Shown: positions 1 to 10,257, counted from the stretch's first letter. The stretch is DNA of 64,000 nucleotides from Thermoanaerobaculia bacterium (GCA_947259725.1 CAMYNM010000001.1:136190-200189); one strand, 5' to 3'. The notes: a model not told the origin generated them from the sequence alone. Translations and numbers: made by a program.

Positions 1-1
1 G

Positions 2-238
2 GGCAAGGCCTGCTCGTTCAAGGGGCCGCCGGTGGCTGCGCCCAAGGGCTGCATGCCGTGGTTCGAGGTCCCGGGCCGGCGAAGCGCCAAAGCCACCGTC
101 GTCTGCGGCCATTGGGCCGCGCTCGGCCTGCGAGTTCAGCAGGGCCTGTTCGCGCTCGACACCGGTTGCGTTTGGGGCGGGGCCCTCACCGCCGTGCGGC
201 TCGAAGACGGACACGTCTACTCACAGCGAGCCCTTTAG
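2..238 (+). CDS. apaH: bis(5'-nucleosyl)-tetraphosphatase (symmetrical) ApaH, C-terminal fragment (gene starts upstream of window)
   Basis: Frame open from window edge to TAG 236-238. ...VVCGHWAALG...ALDTGCVWGGALTAVRLED matches the conserved C-terminal GHWA and ALDTGC-WGG-LT motifs of ApaH-type metallophosphatases. Confidence 0.7.
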   Translation, partial: GKACSFKGPPVAAPKGCMPWFEVPGRRSAKATVVCGHWAALGLRVQQGLFALDTGCVWGGALTAVRLEDGHVYSQRAL

Positions 239-296
239 GAACCCACGGCGCCGGCTATCGCCGAGCTGGAAAGCGCCCCTTCCTGGACCGCGAGCC

Positions 297-833
297 CTAC
301 TCGGCGGGCCTGTAGATCCCGGTCGTCTCGTCGCCGAGGCGGAGTTTGGCCGCGCGACGCCGCGCCTCTCGCTTGGCCTTGAGGCGACCGAGGTAGAGGT
401 TGAGCTGGCTGCTGCGCGCGAGAAACCAGATCGGCAGCCTTCGGCGCACGCCCAGCTCGCGCTGAAGCTCGAGCAGGCCGTCATCCTCGGAATCCACGGC
501 CAGTCCCTCGCGAAGAGTGTGAATCGCGCCGTGTCGGTTGTCGAGCAAGAGATACGTCTTTGCGAGGTTCAAGTAGTTCACCGGCTCCGTCGGCTCGACC
601 ACTACCGCATGGGTGCACCACTCGAGCCCTTCGTGCATCCGCCCCTCACAACGCGCCATCGCAAGCCCGAGATGCGAGTAGAACTTCCCCGGCATGCCGT
701 TGCAGACGCCCTCCTGGTGCTTGAGCCGCCTGAGGTGGATGAGCCCCTCTCGCCAGTTGCCGCTCGAGCAGGCTCGTATTCCGAGTTCCAGGGTTTCCTT
801 GCAGTTCAGCGGCACGAAGGCCTCCTTGCTCAA
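297..833 (-). CDS. hypothetical protein with TPR-like helical repeats
   Basis: 178-aa ORF convergent with apaH. Repeated amphipathic helix pairs (…YLNLAKTYLLLDNRHGAIHTLREGL…, …YSHLGLAMARCEGRMHEGLEWC…) look TPR-like. No catalytic motif recognised. Confidence 0.45.
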   Translation of the reverse strand: MSKEAFVPLNCKETLELGIRACSSGNWREGLIHLRRLKHQEGVCNGMPGKFYSHLGLAMARCEGRMHEGLEWCTHAVVVEPTEPVNYLNLAKTYLLLDNRHGAIHTLREGLAVDSEDDGLLELQRELGVRRRLPIWFLARSSQLNLYLGRLKAKREARRRAAKLRLGDETTGIYRPAE

Positions 834-1474
834 GTCCCGTTGTCGGTAACTCCACTGTAAATGGAGCGCTATCTCAATGTCAGATCAAATACTGTCACAA
901 CCGCATGCCAGAGGCCAGAAAGCGTACCGGCGGCCTCCTCCCGGGTTGCTGAGTTGCTCAGAACCGATCTGGCGGAGACACTAGTGGCCTGTAGCACTCG
1001 AAGCGATACTGGATGGCCGAGCCATTCGTCGTCGAGGTCAAGGCGCGCCGACGCAGTCAGAGCGGTGCCTATGTCGAGGAGGCGCAACGTAGAGATCGGC
1101 GACCAGGGCCGGCCAGGTAGTAGCGTTTTGGGTGTTACAGGCCACTAGATTCCGACTCGGCTGCCGCAGGTCTCCGATCCGCCGCCGATTGGTCATCGCC
1201 GGCTTCAATTGATCGGCTGCGGCGAGATGCAGTTGCCCGCGCGCGGCGTTGGGTGCACCAGCACATCCTCGATCTCCCCCTCGCCCAGAGACCCGGCCAG
1301 CTCGTTCGGTGTATCGGTCACGATCACTCGCATCCAGAAGCACTCGGCGATGGGCACGGCGGGGCGTGGAAACCGGATCTCCGGAAGATCGACGGTCTGA
1401 TTTCTTCGTAATCTGAAGTGTTGCAGACAGTACCACGCTAGATACCTGCTACCGTTCTGACGGTGGGAGAGCAC

Positions 1475-2530
1475 ATGACCGTTGACCGAGTGATCTCGTA
1501 CGAGCTCCGGCGCGTGGATCCGCTGCGAGCTCGCATCGATGTCGTCGCGCTCAAGTACCCGCAGGGATACGACGACGAAGGTCTCGCCGTCGCCAGGGCA
1601 TTCGAACAAAAGGGCACGCCCCTCGAAGCCTTCCAGGTCGTCGAAGATGCCTACGAGCTCATCCCTTCGGAGGGGGCTCTCGGGGCCTCACATGCCCTTT
1701 TCGTCGGAGTTCCGCCGATCGCCGAGTTCCTCTACGAGGAGATCCGCCGTTTTTCCGCCCAGGTGCTGACCATCCTCGCCCGCGAGCGGCCTGAGGTCCG
1801 AACGGTCGCGATGCCACTGCTAGGTCCGGCCGGCCTCGACGCCGTCGAGTCGGCCCGCCAGCAGCTCCTCGGAGTCAAGGACGCCGTCGCCGGCGGAAGC
1901 TACCCGGAAGCTCTCGAAGCCGTGGTCATCCTCGAGGTCAGTCCGGCGAGCCTCGAGGCGGCGACCCTCGCGATCCGGACCGAACAGCAGGGCACGAAGC
2001 CTCCTGCTGGTTGGACGCCGAGGGGCCGGCTCGAATGGCCGATCTGCCCGGTCCCGCCCCCGGCCACCACCCGAGCCAAGGCGCCGCGAGCGATCAAGGC
2101 CACCGTCAACAAGGTTGCCGGCAAGCCCGCCAAGCGTCCGACGGCCTTCGTGGCGATGCCCTTTGCTCCCGCCATGCGCGACACCTGGAGGTTCGGAATT
2201 CAGCGCCCCGTGCGCGAAGCCGGCTACCTCTGCGAGCGGATGGACGAGGTGGTATTCCTCGGCGACATCATGTCCCGCGTCCGCAAGGGCATCGAAGAGG
2301 CGGATCTGGTAATCGGCGTTCTCACCGGCAGCAACCCGAACGTCTTTCTCGAGATCGGCTACGCCTGGGGTCGAGAACGCCCGACGCTCTTTCTCTGCCA
2401 GAAGAACAAAGACGGCTCGAACCCTGAGCTCCCCTTCGACCTCCAGGGACACAGATGCATCTACTACCTCGACTTGTCCGAGCTAAAAGACGAGCTCGAG
2501 AAGTTCTTGAAGGCTCTGCCGGCGGTGTAA
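1475..2530 (+). CDS. two-domain protein: N-terminal macro-like (degenerate) domain + C-terminal nucleoside 2-deoxyribosyltransferase/TIR-like (DUF1863-type) domain
   Basis: ATG 1475 is preceded by GGTGGGAGAG. C-terminus has AFVAMPF and NVFLEIGYAWGRERPTLFLCQ, matching the NDT/TIR-like pair (Y-x-A-G-x-F ... E-x-G-x-A-x-x-x-G-K-P-V). N-terminus has RTVAMPLLGPAGLD, reminiscent of the macro-domain SIAFPAISTG motif. GC3-rich throughout. Confidence 0.55.
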   Translation: MTVDRVISYELRRVDPLRARIDVVALKYPQGYDDEGLAVARAFEQKGTPLEAFQVVEDAYELIPSEGALGASHALFVGVPPIAEFLYEEIRRFSAQVLTILARERPEVRTVAMPLLGPAGLDAVESARQQLLGVKDAVAGGSYPEALEAVVILEVSPASLEAATLAIRTEQQGTKPPAGWTPRGRLEWPICPVPPPATTRAKAPRAIKATVNKVAGKPAKRPTAFVAMPFAPAMRDTWRFGIQRPVREAGYLCERMDEVVFLGDIMSRVRKGIEEADLVIGVLTGSNPNVFLEIGYAWGRERPTLFLCQKNKDGSNPELPFDLQGHRCIYYLDLSELKDELEKFLKALPAV

Positions 2531-2645
2531 ACCGCCGCGCGCCCGTGGCCATAGCCAGTCGGGGGCCCTGCGGAATGTCCTCGAAGGTGCGTCGATTCGC
2601 ACCCGAACGCGCTTAGAAAAACTTGCTATTGTCTGTGGGCCAAAA

Positions 2646-4126
2646 ATGCCGCAAACCTTCCACTTCGCGATGATCAAGCCGTCGCACTACGACGACGACG
2701 GCTACGTGATCCAGTGGCTGCGCTCGGCGATGCCATCGAACACGCTCGCGACCCTCTTCGGGCTGGCCGCGGACTGCGCCGACCGGCGAATCCTGGGCGA
2801 CGACGTCGAGTTTCGTTTCACCACCATCGACGAGACCAATATCCGCGTCCGGATCGACAAGATTGTTCGGGAGGTTGGGCGTTCCGATCACGCGCTGATC
2901 GGCCTGGTCGGCGTCGGGTCCAATCAGTACCCGAGGGCGCTCGATCTGGCGCGAGCGTTTCGCGCCGAGGGGGCTTTCGGTCTGCATCGGAGGCTTTCAC
3001 GTCAGCGGTTGTCTCTCGATGCTCCCCGAGCTCACCCCAGAGCTTCAGGAGGCTCTGGATCTGGGCGTTTCGCTCTTCGCGGGCGAAGCCGAAGGCCGCC
3101 TCGACACCGTGCTCGCGGACGCTTACCGGGGCGAGCTTCAGCCGGTCTACAACTACCTCGACGACCTGCCGGCGATCGAGGATACCCCGATGCCCATCCT
3201 GCCCGCCAAGAGAGTCAAGCGCACCGCCAGCGCCCAGTCGAGCTTCGACGCCGGCCGCGGCTGCCCCTTCCGCTGCAGCTTCTGCACGATCATCAACGTC
3301 CAGGGGCGGCAGTCACGCTATCGACGCCCCGAGGAGATCGGCGAAATCATCCGTCGCAACCTCGCACAGGGCATCAGGCGGTTCTTCATCACCGATGACG
3401 ATTTCGCGCGCAACCGCATCTGGGAAGAGGTTTTCGATCACCTGATCGAGATTCGAGAGCGCGAGAGTCTCGAGTCCAACCTGGTCATCCAGGTAGACAC
3501 CCTCTGCCACAAGCTGCCCAACTTCGTCGAAAAGGCGGCGCGGGCGGGTGTCAAGCGGGTCTTCATCGGTCTCGAAAACATCGATCCCGCAAGCCTCAAG
3601 ACGGCGCACAAAGCACAGAACCGGATCACCGAGCATCGCCGGATGCTGCAGGCTTGGCGCGCCGACAAGGTCGTGACCGTGGCCGGCTACATCCTGGGTT
3701 TTCCGGGCGACACCGTCGAGAAGATCATGCACGACATCGAGATCATCAAGACGCCCGGGACTCCCGATCGAGAGCCCATTGACCTTCTACGCGAAGCACT
3801 GGAAGCACGTGATCGCTTCGTTCTGGCGTGCCGGCCGCATGTACATGCGCTACCAACCCTTGCGACGGGCGCTGCTGCGTGATCCGGGCGCCGCGAGCTA
3901 CACCGGCACCGCGCTGTCGCCGGTCACCGACGACGAGCTGGACGAGCTCGAGATCTTCCAGGTGAGCGAGGGCGCACGCAGTGCGGCACGCAAGGCCCAG
4001 AAGCGGTCCAGCTCGCCAGGCGCGCTAGGCGCACGCCTGGCTCCACTGACTCCACTCTCCCCACCGGAAAAAGCGTCGGGCACAGAGGACGCTACCCGAC
4101 GCGAAGTTCCTCTCCTTACTGCTTGA
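2646..4126 (+). pseudogene. B12-binding radical SAM protein interrupted by two +1 frameshifts (pseudogene or indel errors)
   Basis: Frame 0 (2646-~2970) encodes the B12-binding domain (…ALDLARAFRAEG). Frame +1 (~2971-3882) continues with VCIGGFHVSGCLSM… and the CPFRCSFC (CxxxCxxC) radical SAM cluster. Frame +2 from ~3779 to TGA 4124-4126 is strongly GC3-biased. Removing one G from the G5 run 2969-2973 restores RAFRAEG-LSVCIGGFHVSG. The total of ~493 aa fits this family. Confidence 0.6.
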
Positions 4127-4443
4127 TCTCCTCCTTGTCGGACGGCATGCACAGCTCCTCGGGTGCATAGATCGAAACCGCCCCGCGGCCGAACTGATTC
4201 TCGGTCTTCCTGCCCTCTCGTTTGTCTCACCGCGGAGTAACGCCGCGGACTTCTTGCCAAGAACTTCTTGAAGGGAGAGCTTTCGCGATGCTAGTCTGCT
4301 AGCCGAAGTCCTTCGGAGTCTCCGTGCGACCGGGGTACCTGAGGATCCTATGGGTTTTCGCTCCGCCACCCGGGGAGGTGGTCGTCAGCGAGGAACCCCG
4401 GCCGGCCGGTTTGCTGAAGGGCGCGATTCCGAATCGTCCTAGA

Positions 4444-4451
4444 AGGAGGAG
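4444..4451 (+). promoter_or_regulatory. Shine-Dalgarno AGGAGGAG, 7 nt upstream of the S8 protease ATG 4459
   Basis: Sequence agaAGGAGGAGccgaaccATG read directly. Confidence 0.6.
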
Positions 4452-4458
4452 CCGAACC

Positions 4459-7400
4459 ATGCAGGGCTGGTTTCGATTTGTGCTGTGCTGCCTAGTCGCC
4501 GTCACGGCGCTCGGCAGCACAACCATCACCGCGTCCGCGCAAGACTTCCAACCGATCCGGCCCACGGCCGTGGAGCCTGACCTCGAGTTCCCGGAGCGCA
4601 AGGCGCCTGGACCCGAGACCCTATATCTGGTCCGCCTCGCCGACCCTCCGATTGCGGCCTATCGGGGTGGGACCGCCGGCCTCGCACCGACGAGTCCGGA
4701 GGCCACCGGAGAGGGGAAGCTCCTCGCCGGCTCGAGCGCGGTGCTCGCCTACCGGACGTTTCTCGAGAGCCGGCACGCGGAGTTTCTGAACTCGGTCTAT
4801 CACATGCTGGGACGGGCTCCGGTGATCGCCCATCGCTACTTCGCCGCCAACAACGGCATGGCCGTTCGGCTTCTGCCCGAGGAAGCCGAAAGGGTCAGCC
4901 GGCTGCCGCAGGTCGCCTTCCTTCAGGCGGATTTCACCCGCCAACTTCACACCGATGCGGGACCCTCGTGGATTGGCGCGGATTCCATCTGGGACGGCTC
5001 CGGCACCGGCGGGCTCGGCTCGACCCAAGGCGAAGGGATCGTCATCGGTGTCATCGACTCGGGCATCAACCCCTCGAACCCATCGTTCGCGGCGGTCGGA
5101 CCCGTCGACGGATATGTCCACATCAACCCCAACGGCAGCGGCACGTTCGTTCCTGGAAGCTACTGCGCGACCGTCCCGTCGCTGTGCAACGACAAGTTGA
5201 TCGGGCTCTGGAACTTCACTACGGATTCCGATCCCGTGGACAACGACGGGCACGGCTCCCACACCGCCAGCACGGCGGCCGGTAACCTGCTCCCCGCGAC
5301 GCTTCTCGGAGCAGGGGCCAGCGACATCCGAACCATCTCCGGGGTGGCCCGCCACGCCAACATCATCGCCTACAAGGCCTGCGTCAGCGGCGGCTGCCCG
5401 GTCTCCAGCCTGACGAGCGCCATCGATCGGGCGATTCTCGATGGCGTAGACGTCATCAACTACTCGATCGGCTCCTCCGTACCCAGCGACGTGTGGAACG
5501 ACTTCGATACCGTGGGCTTTCTCAACGCGCGCTCGGCCGGCGTTTTCGTTGCGACGTCGGCAGGCAATAGCGGCCCCGGCGCGAGAACCGTCGGATCGCC
5601 CGCCGACGCGCCGTGGCTCACGAGCGTCGCAGCAAGCTCCCACGACAGGGTGTACTGGAACGTCTTGCAGAGCATGAGCGGTGGCGGCGCTCCGCCGCCG
5701 GCCGACATCGTCGGCAAGGGGTTCACCGGAGGACTCCCGGCGACTCCGATCGTGCACGCCAAAAACTTCGGCGACGACCTCTGCCTCAATCCATTCCCAG
5801 CGGGGACCTTCAGCGGCCAGATCGTCGTCTGCAATCGGGGCTCTATCGCCAGGGTCGCAAAGGGCCAGAACGTGCTGGACGGCGGCGCCGGTGGCTATAT
5901 CCTCGCCAATCAGCCCGGTGACGGCGAATCCCTGAGCCTGGACCCGCACGTCCTGCCGGCCTCTCACATCGGAAACTCCGACGCGCAGGTGCTCGAAGCC
6001 TGGCTCGACGTGGGCACCGGGCACATGGCGGCGCTTTCCGGAGCGACCCTCGACATCGACCCGCTCAACGGAGACGTCATGGCGTCCTTCAGCTCGAGAG
6101 GTCCCAATGGCGCTCTGGCCGAGATCATCAAACCGGATGTCAGCGCGCCCGGCGTGGACATCGCCGCGGCGTATGGGATCGCCGACCCCTCGCCTGCGGA
6201 ATGGAGCTTTCTGAGTGGCACCTCCATGTCGAGTCCGCACGTCGCGGGCTCGGGAGCCCTCTTGAAGGCCCTCCACCCGACCTGGACCCCTGCCGAGATC
6301 CAGTCCGCCCTGATGACGACGGCGCAGCCGCCATTGGTCAAGGAGGATTTGACGACACCGACCGATCCGTTCGACGTCGGATCGGGTCGCGTGGACCTTC
6401 CCAACGCCGTCCAGGTCGGTCTCGTCATGAACGAGAGCCAGGCCGACTACCTTGCAGCCGACCCCGTGACCGGCGGCGATCCGTCCAGCCTCAACCTCGC
6501 CAGCTTGGGAAACGGATCGTGCCTGGGAGTCTGCACCTGGACCCGCGAGGTGCGCAGCACCCTCGCGAGCGCCATGAATTGGACCGTATCGGTCACCAAT
6601 CCCCCGGGCATCGAGCTCATCGTCAGCCCGAACGCCTTCTCGCTCCCATCGACGGGCTCGCAAGCCCTGACCGTAACGGCCAGCCTGCTCGATCTGGCTC
6701 CGCCCGACACCTGGCGGTTCGGAAGTGTGCACCTGTCGCCTACCTCGGGACCGATCGTTCGCCTACCGGTGGCTCTCGCCAACGACAACCCGGGAGGGCT
6801 TCCCACGACCTATGCGGTCAGCACCAGTGCGACGAATCCCCTGTGCAAGGTTCCGTACGGCGACGGAAGCTACCTGAACTTGCAGGACTTCAGCATCTTC
6901 CCCGCCTCCACGCTGTTCGGTAACGAGTTCACCTGGTCCGCTTTTTCGACGGGCTCGCCGTTCAGCTACTACGGCTCGAGCTACACGGGTTGGCGCGGCA
7001 GCGACAATGGGTTCGGGTTCTTCGACGTAGCGAGCTTCGGCGGATCGCCGGCCATCCCTCAGACCCTGCCCGACCCGGCGCTTCCCAACACCCTCCAGGC
7101 GCCCTTGTGGAGCGATCTCGAGATCGTCTACGACGCCGGCACCAATCGCGGCGTGAGCCTCGCGACCCTCGGAGACGCGAGTGACCCCACGAGCTGGGCG
7201 ATCGTCGAGTACGACGACCCGGTTCCGACCGGCGGAGGATCTTCGGTAGGCGACTTCCAGAACTGGGTGCGCCGCACGCCCGACGACGCGCCCGGCGCGC
7301 CGGACATCGTATTCGCCTACGACAACCTCGGGACGCTCCCCGCCTTGGCGACCATCGGCGTGGAGAACTTCGGCGGAACCGCCGGCGCAGCGCTCCTCAA

Positions 7401-7689
7401 CCCCGGCAACCCAGCAAGCGCCCTCAGCAACGACTTCAAGGTCTGCTTCGACAATATCCTGGACTACTCGCAGTGTTCCGAGGAGCTCATCGTGACCGAC
7501 CACGAGGTCGCTGGGCCGGAGAGCTTTCTTGCCCAGAGCTCGATCACGGCAGGGGCCGGGTTCACGGTCCTGCCCGGCGGTCAGGCCCACCTTCTGACCG
7601 ATGCCGGAGGAAGAATCGTCTTCTACAACGGCACCGAGATCCAAGGGGAGATGGCGGCTGGGAGCCAACCGGGCATTTGCCCACCCTAG
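4459..7689 (+). CDS. secreted subtilisin-like serine protease (peptidase S8) with I9 propeptide, PA-domain insert and ~500-aa C-terminal extension
   Basis: Signal peptide MQGWFRFVLCCLVAVTALGSTTITASA. Catalytic triad motifs VIDSGIN (Asp), DNDGHGSHTASTAAG (His) and GTSMSSPHVAGSGALL (Ser). A PA-like insert lies between His and Ser. Strong RBS. TAG at 7687-7689. Confidence 0.9.
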   Translation: MQGWFRFVLCCLVAVTALGSTTITASAQDFQPIRPTAVEPDLEFPERKAPGPETLYLVRLADPPIAAYRGGTAGLAPTSPEATGEGKLLAGSSAVLAYRTFLESRHAEFLNSVYHMLGRAPVIAHRYFAANNGMAVRLLPEEAERVSRLPQVAFLQADFTRQLHTDAGPSWIGADSIWDGSGTGGLGSTQGEGIVIGVIDSGINPSNPSFAAVGPVDGYVHINPNGSGTFVPGSYCATVPSLCNDKLIGLWNFTTDSDPVDNDGHGSHTASTAAGNLLPATLLGAGASDIRTISGVARHANIIAYKACVSGGCPVSSLTSAIDRAILDGVDVINYSIGSSVPSDVWNDFDTVGFLNARSAGVFVATSAGNSGPGARTVGSPADAPWLTSVAASSHDRVYWNVLQSMSGGGAPPPADIVGKGFTGGLPATPIVHAKNFGDDLCLNPFPAGTFSGQIVVCNRGSIARVAKGQNVLDGGAGGYILANQPGDGESLSLDPHVLPASHIGNSDAQVLEAWLDVGTGHMAALSGATLDIDPLNGDVMASFSSRGPNGALAEIIKPDVSAPGVDIAAAYGIADPSPAEWSFLSGTSMSSPHVAGSGALLKALHPTWTPAEIQSALMTTAQPPLVKEDLTTPTDPFDVGSGRVDLPNAVQVGLVMNESQADYLAADPVTGGDPSSLNLASLGNGSCLGVCTWTREVRSTLASAMNWTVSVTNPPGIELIVSPNAFSLPSTGSQALTVTASLLDLAPPDTWRFGSVHLSPTSGPIVRLPVALANDNPGGLPTTYAVSTSATNPLCKVPYGDGSYLNLQDFSIFPASTLFGNEFTWSAFSTGSPFSYYGSSYTGWRGSDNGFGFFDVASFGGSPAIPQTLPDPALPNTLQAPLWSDLEIVYDAGTNRGVSLATLGDASDPTSWAIVEYDDPVPTGGGSSVGDFQNWVRRTPDDAPGAPDIVFAYDNLGTLPALATIGVENFGGTAGAALLNPGNPASALSNDFKVCFDNILDYSQCSEELIVTDHEVAGPESFLAQSSITAGAGFTVLPGGQAHLLTDAGGRIVFYNGTEIQGEMAAGSQPGICPP

Positions 7690-7702
7690 ACGGCCGGCCG
7701 GT

Positions 7703-10153
7703 CTACTCCGGCAGGCCCATCTGTTCGAGAAAGACCCGCCAGCGAGGATCGTCATGCAGGCTGGTCAGGAAGGCGCTCACCTTCAGGTCTTGCAGCCCGG
7801 GATCGCGGTGGGATAACGCGCGCTCGAGCCACTCGAACGCCGCATCGGGCTCGCGGCGAAACGCATGGATCTCGGCCAGCTGGAAGGCCGCGTCGTCGCC
7901 GTACGTCTCCCTCATGTCGCGCAAGGCGGCGTCCGCCTCCGCAGGCCTGCCGAGCGCGTGGTAGGCGAGCGCCTTGCCGTTCATCCGCCAATGCGGCGCG
8001 GTCTCCTGCTCAATCCTCGCCAGTGCCTCTTCCGGGCGCGACCGCAAGAGCTCGACCAGACCCAGCCTCAAATACGTCCCATCACGGTCCGGCTGGAGCT
8101 CGAGCACCTTCGCAAATACAGTCTCCGCTTCCTCCAAGTGGCCGGCTCGCATCAAGCTGACTCCGAGCCTGTAAACCGCCGCCGAGCTCAGCGGATCGAG
8201 CTCCGCCGCCCGGCGAGCGAAGGCGATCGCCTGGTCCGTTCTGCCGAGCGCGCCGGAGAGGTTCGACGCGGTCAAGAGCACGGTGGCGTTGCCCGGAGCC
8301 AGAGCCCGCGCCTTGCCAAGGGCCAGTTCCGCCCCGGACCAATCCCGGTCGTACGACACCCTGACCTCTCCCAGCGCGGACCAACCCTCGGCCGATCTCT
8401 CGTCCAGCTCGACCGCGCGGGTCGCCGCCTCGCGCGAGAGACGAAAGCCCTCGTCGAACGGCACGAACGCCTGGTAGGCCTGCCAGATCCGAGCATGCGC
8501 GAGACCGGCCCAAGCCGACGCATAGCCCGGATCGAGCGTCAACGACCGCTCGAAGGCCTCCACCGCTTGCTCCAGAGCCTGTCTGGAGGTGTGCCTGCCG
8601 AAGTGCTGCCCTTGCAGGTAGAGGTTGTAGGCCTCGGGGTTTCGGCCTTGCGCGGACTGTTCGGCGGTCGCGCCGCCCAACAGCGTGACCTCGAGCGCTT
8701 CGGCCACCGAAGCAGCGATGTCGTCCTGAACCGCGAAAATGTCCTCCAGCGTGCGATCGTAGGTCTGCGACCAGAGATGAAAGCCGTCTGCGACGTTGAC
8801 GAGCTGAGCGGTGATGCGGACCTTCTCCCCGGCCTTGCGCACGCTGCCTTCGAGAATGGTCGCGACATTCAGCTTCTTTCCGATCAAACGAAGATCTTCG
8901 GTCTGACCCTTGAAGGAAAACGATGACGTCCGCCCGGCCACTTTGAGATCGCGTATCTGCGCCAGGGCGTTCAAGAGTTCCTCGGCCAGACCGTCGGTGA
9001 AGTACTCCTGGTCCTGCTCCGGGCTCATATCGACGAAAGGCAAGACCGCGATCGAGGCGTAGGCGGCCTCGGCACCGAACGGAGCGCCGGCTACCGGCCC
9101 GCCGGGCGAATCGACTCCCCTGCCGAGCCAGAGCCCGGCCGCGAGAGTCGCTATCAGAGCCGTGGCTCCAAGCCCGATCCAGAGTCCGCGACGAGAAGGC
9201 GCACCGGGCGTCTCGCCCGCACCTCCGAATTCTCCTGCGGCTGCCCCTCCGGGCCCAGCCGACGCCGAGCCCGAGTCCGTGTCGCGCTTGAGGCGCAGAA
9301 GATCCGCCTTGAGCTCCGCGGCGCTCTGGTACCGCAGCGTCTTGTCTTTCTCGAGCGACTTGCCGAGGATGCGCTCGAGCTCCCCCGGCAGATCCGGGTT
9401 GACCCGCCCCGGCGCGGTCGGCGCCTGACTCAAGATCGAATTGAAGATCGTCCCGGCGGTCTTCCCTTCGAACGGCATCTTGCCGGTGGCCATCTCGTAG
9501 AGCACGACCCCGAGCGAAAAGAGATCGGTTCGCTCGTCGAGCTCCTCGCCACGCACTTGCTCCGGAGACATGTAGGCGATCGTGCCCATCGAAGTGCCGG
9601 GAGTCGTCAACTGCTCGCTGTGGAGCTCGGTTTCGGCATGCTCGAACTGCGTCGCCGACGCCGACTCTGGACGAGCCCGATCCTCGGTGACCTTCGCGAG
9701 CCCGAAGTCGAGCACCTTGGCGTCGCCGCGCTCGGTCACGAAGAGATTCGCCGGCTTGAGGTCCCGATGGACGATCCCGGCGCTATGGGCGGCCTCGAGC
9801 GCATCCGCTACCTGGGCGCCAAACCGTACGATCTCCCCGGCCGGCATCGGCTCGGCACCGATCCGGTACTTCAAGGTCTGGCCGTCCAGCAGTTCCATCG
9901 CGATGAACGGACGACCCTCGTCCTCGCCGAGCTCGTAGATGGTGCAGATGTGCGGATGATTGAGCGCCGACGCCGCCCGGGCCTCACGCCGAAACCGCGT
10001 CAGGGCTTCCGAATCCTCCGCCATCGCATCCGGGAGGAACTTGACGGCCACCTGCCGGCCCAGAGTCAGATCCTTGGCCCGATACACGACTCCCATACCG
10101 CCACCCCCGAGCTTCTCGAGGATCGTGTAGTGAGAGACGGTCGTACCGATCAA
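7703..10153 (-). CDS. Hanks-type Ser/Thr protein kinase with TM segment, TolB-N-like module and C-terminal TPR repeats
   Basis: [12 protein letters not shown]…[21 protein letters not shown] and SPEQ motifs. After a TM helix comes [30 protein letters not shown] and multiple TPR-like repeats. TTG start at 10153. Confidence 0.9.
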   Translation of the reverse strand: MIGTTVSHYTILEKLGGGGMGVVYRAKDLTLGRQVAVKFLPDAMAEDSEALTRFRREARAASALNHPHICTIYELGEDEGRPFIAMELLDGQTLKYRIGAEPMPAGEIVRFGAQVADALEAAHSAGIVHRDLKPANLFVTERGDAKVLDFGLAKVTEDRARPESASATQFEHAETELHSEQLTTPGTSMGTIAYMSPEQVRGEELDERTDLFSLGVVLYEMATGKMPFEGKTAGTIFNSILSQAPTAPGRVNPDLPGELERILGKSLEKDKTLRYQSAAELKADLLRLKRDTDSGSASAGPGGAAAGEFGGAGETPGAPSRRGLWIGLGATALIATLAAGLWLGRGVDSPGGPVAGAPFGAEAAYASIAVLPFVDMSPEQDQEYFTDGLAEELLNALAQIRDLKVAGRTSSFSFKGQTEDLRLIGKKLNVATILEGSVRKAGEKVRITAQLVNVADGFHLWSQTYDRTLEDIFAVQDDIAASVAEALEVTLLGGATAEQSAQGRNPEAYNLYLQGQHFGRHTSRQALEQAVEAFERSLTLDPGYASAWAGLAHARIWQAYQAFVPFDEGFRLSREAATRAVELDERSAEGWSALGEVRVSYDRDWSGAELALGKARALAPGNATVLLTASNLSGALGRTDQAIAFARRAAELDPLSSAAVYRLGVSLMRAGHLEEAETVFAKVLELQPDRDGTYLRLGLVELLRSRPEEALARIEQETAPHWRMNGKALAYHALGRPAEADAALRDMRETYGDDAAFQLAEIHAFRREPDAAFEWLERALSHRDPGLQDLKVSAFLTSLHDDPRWRVFLEQMGLPE

Positions 10154-10257
10154 TTCATGCGGCCTAACTCCCCTGGTGCTCAGACCTCGCCGATTCTAGC
10201 GCGGAGTGCCGGGCACGGCCCGAACGCCACGCCCGACACCGAGTCCCGAGTCCTCGT

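Noticed and set aside
1205-1609. 134-aa minus-strand ORF spanning the 1475 gene start and the upstream intergenic region
   Set aside because: Mostly antisense to a better-supported gene; the remaining part (MRVIVTDTPNELAGSLGEGEIEDVLV…) is too short for a PIN or other domain.
4290-4316. Adjacent short palindromes GCTAGTCTGCTAGC and CCGAAGTCCTTCGG upstream of the S8 gene
   Set aside because: Stems of only 5-6 bp with minimal loops; could be chance in a 330-bp intergenic region. Noted but not called.
4621-6732. 703-aa ORF antisense to the S8 protease gene (and similar long antisense or offset ORFs at 10563-11756, 14038-15315, 16166-17365, 21862-23634, 25215-26324, 47798-49696)
   Set aside because: Arg/Gly/Pro-rich low-complexity translations with no motifs, each fully overlapping a well-supported gene on the other strand or frame; typical high-GC artefacts.
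7688-7702. GC-rich near-palindrome GACGGCCGGCCGGTC between the convergent S8 and kinase genes, considered as a bidirectional terminator
   Set aside because: Not a true inverted repeat with a loop (core GGCCGGCC is self-complementary with no loop, arms mismatch); no U-tract.
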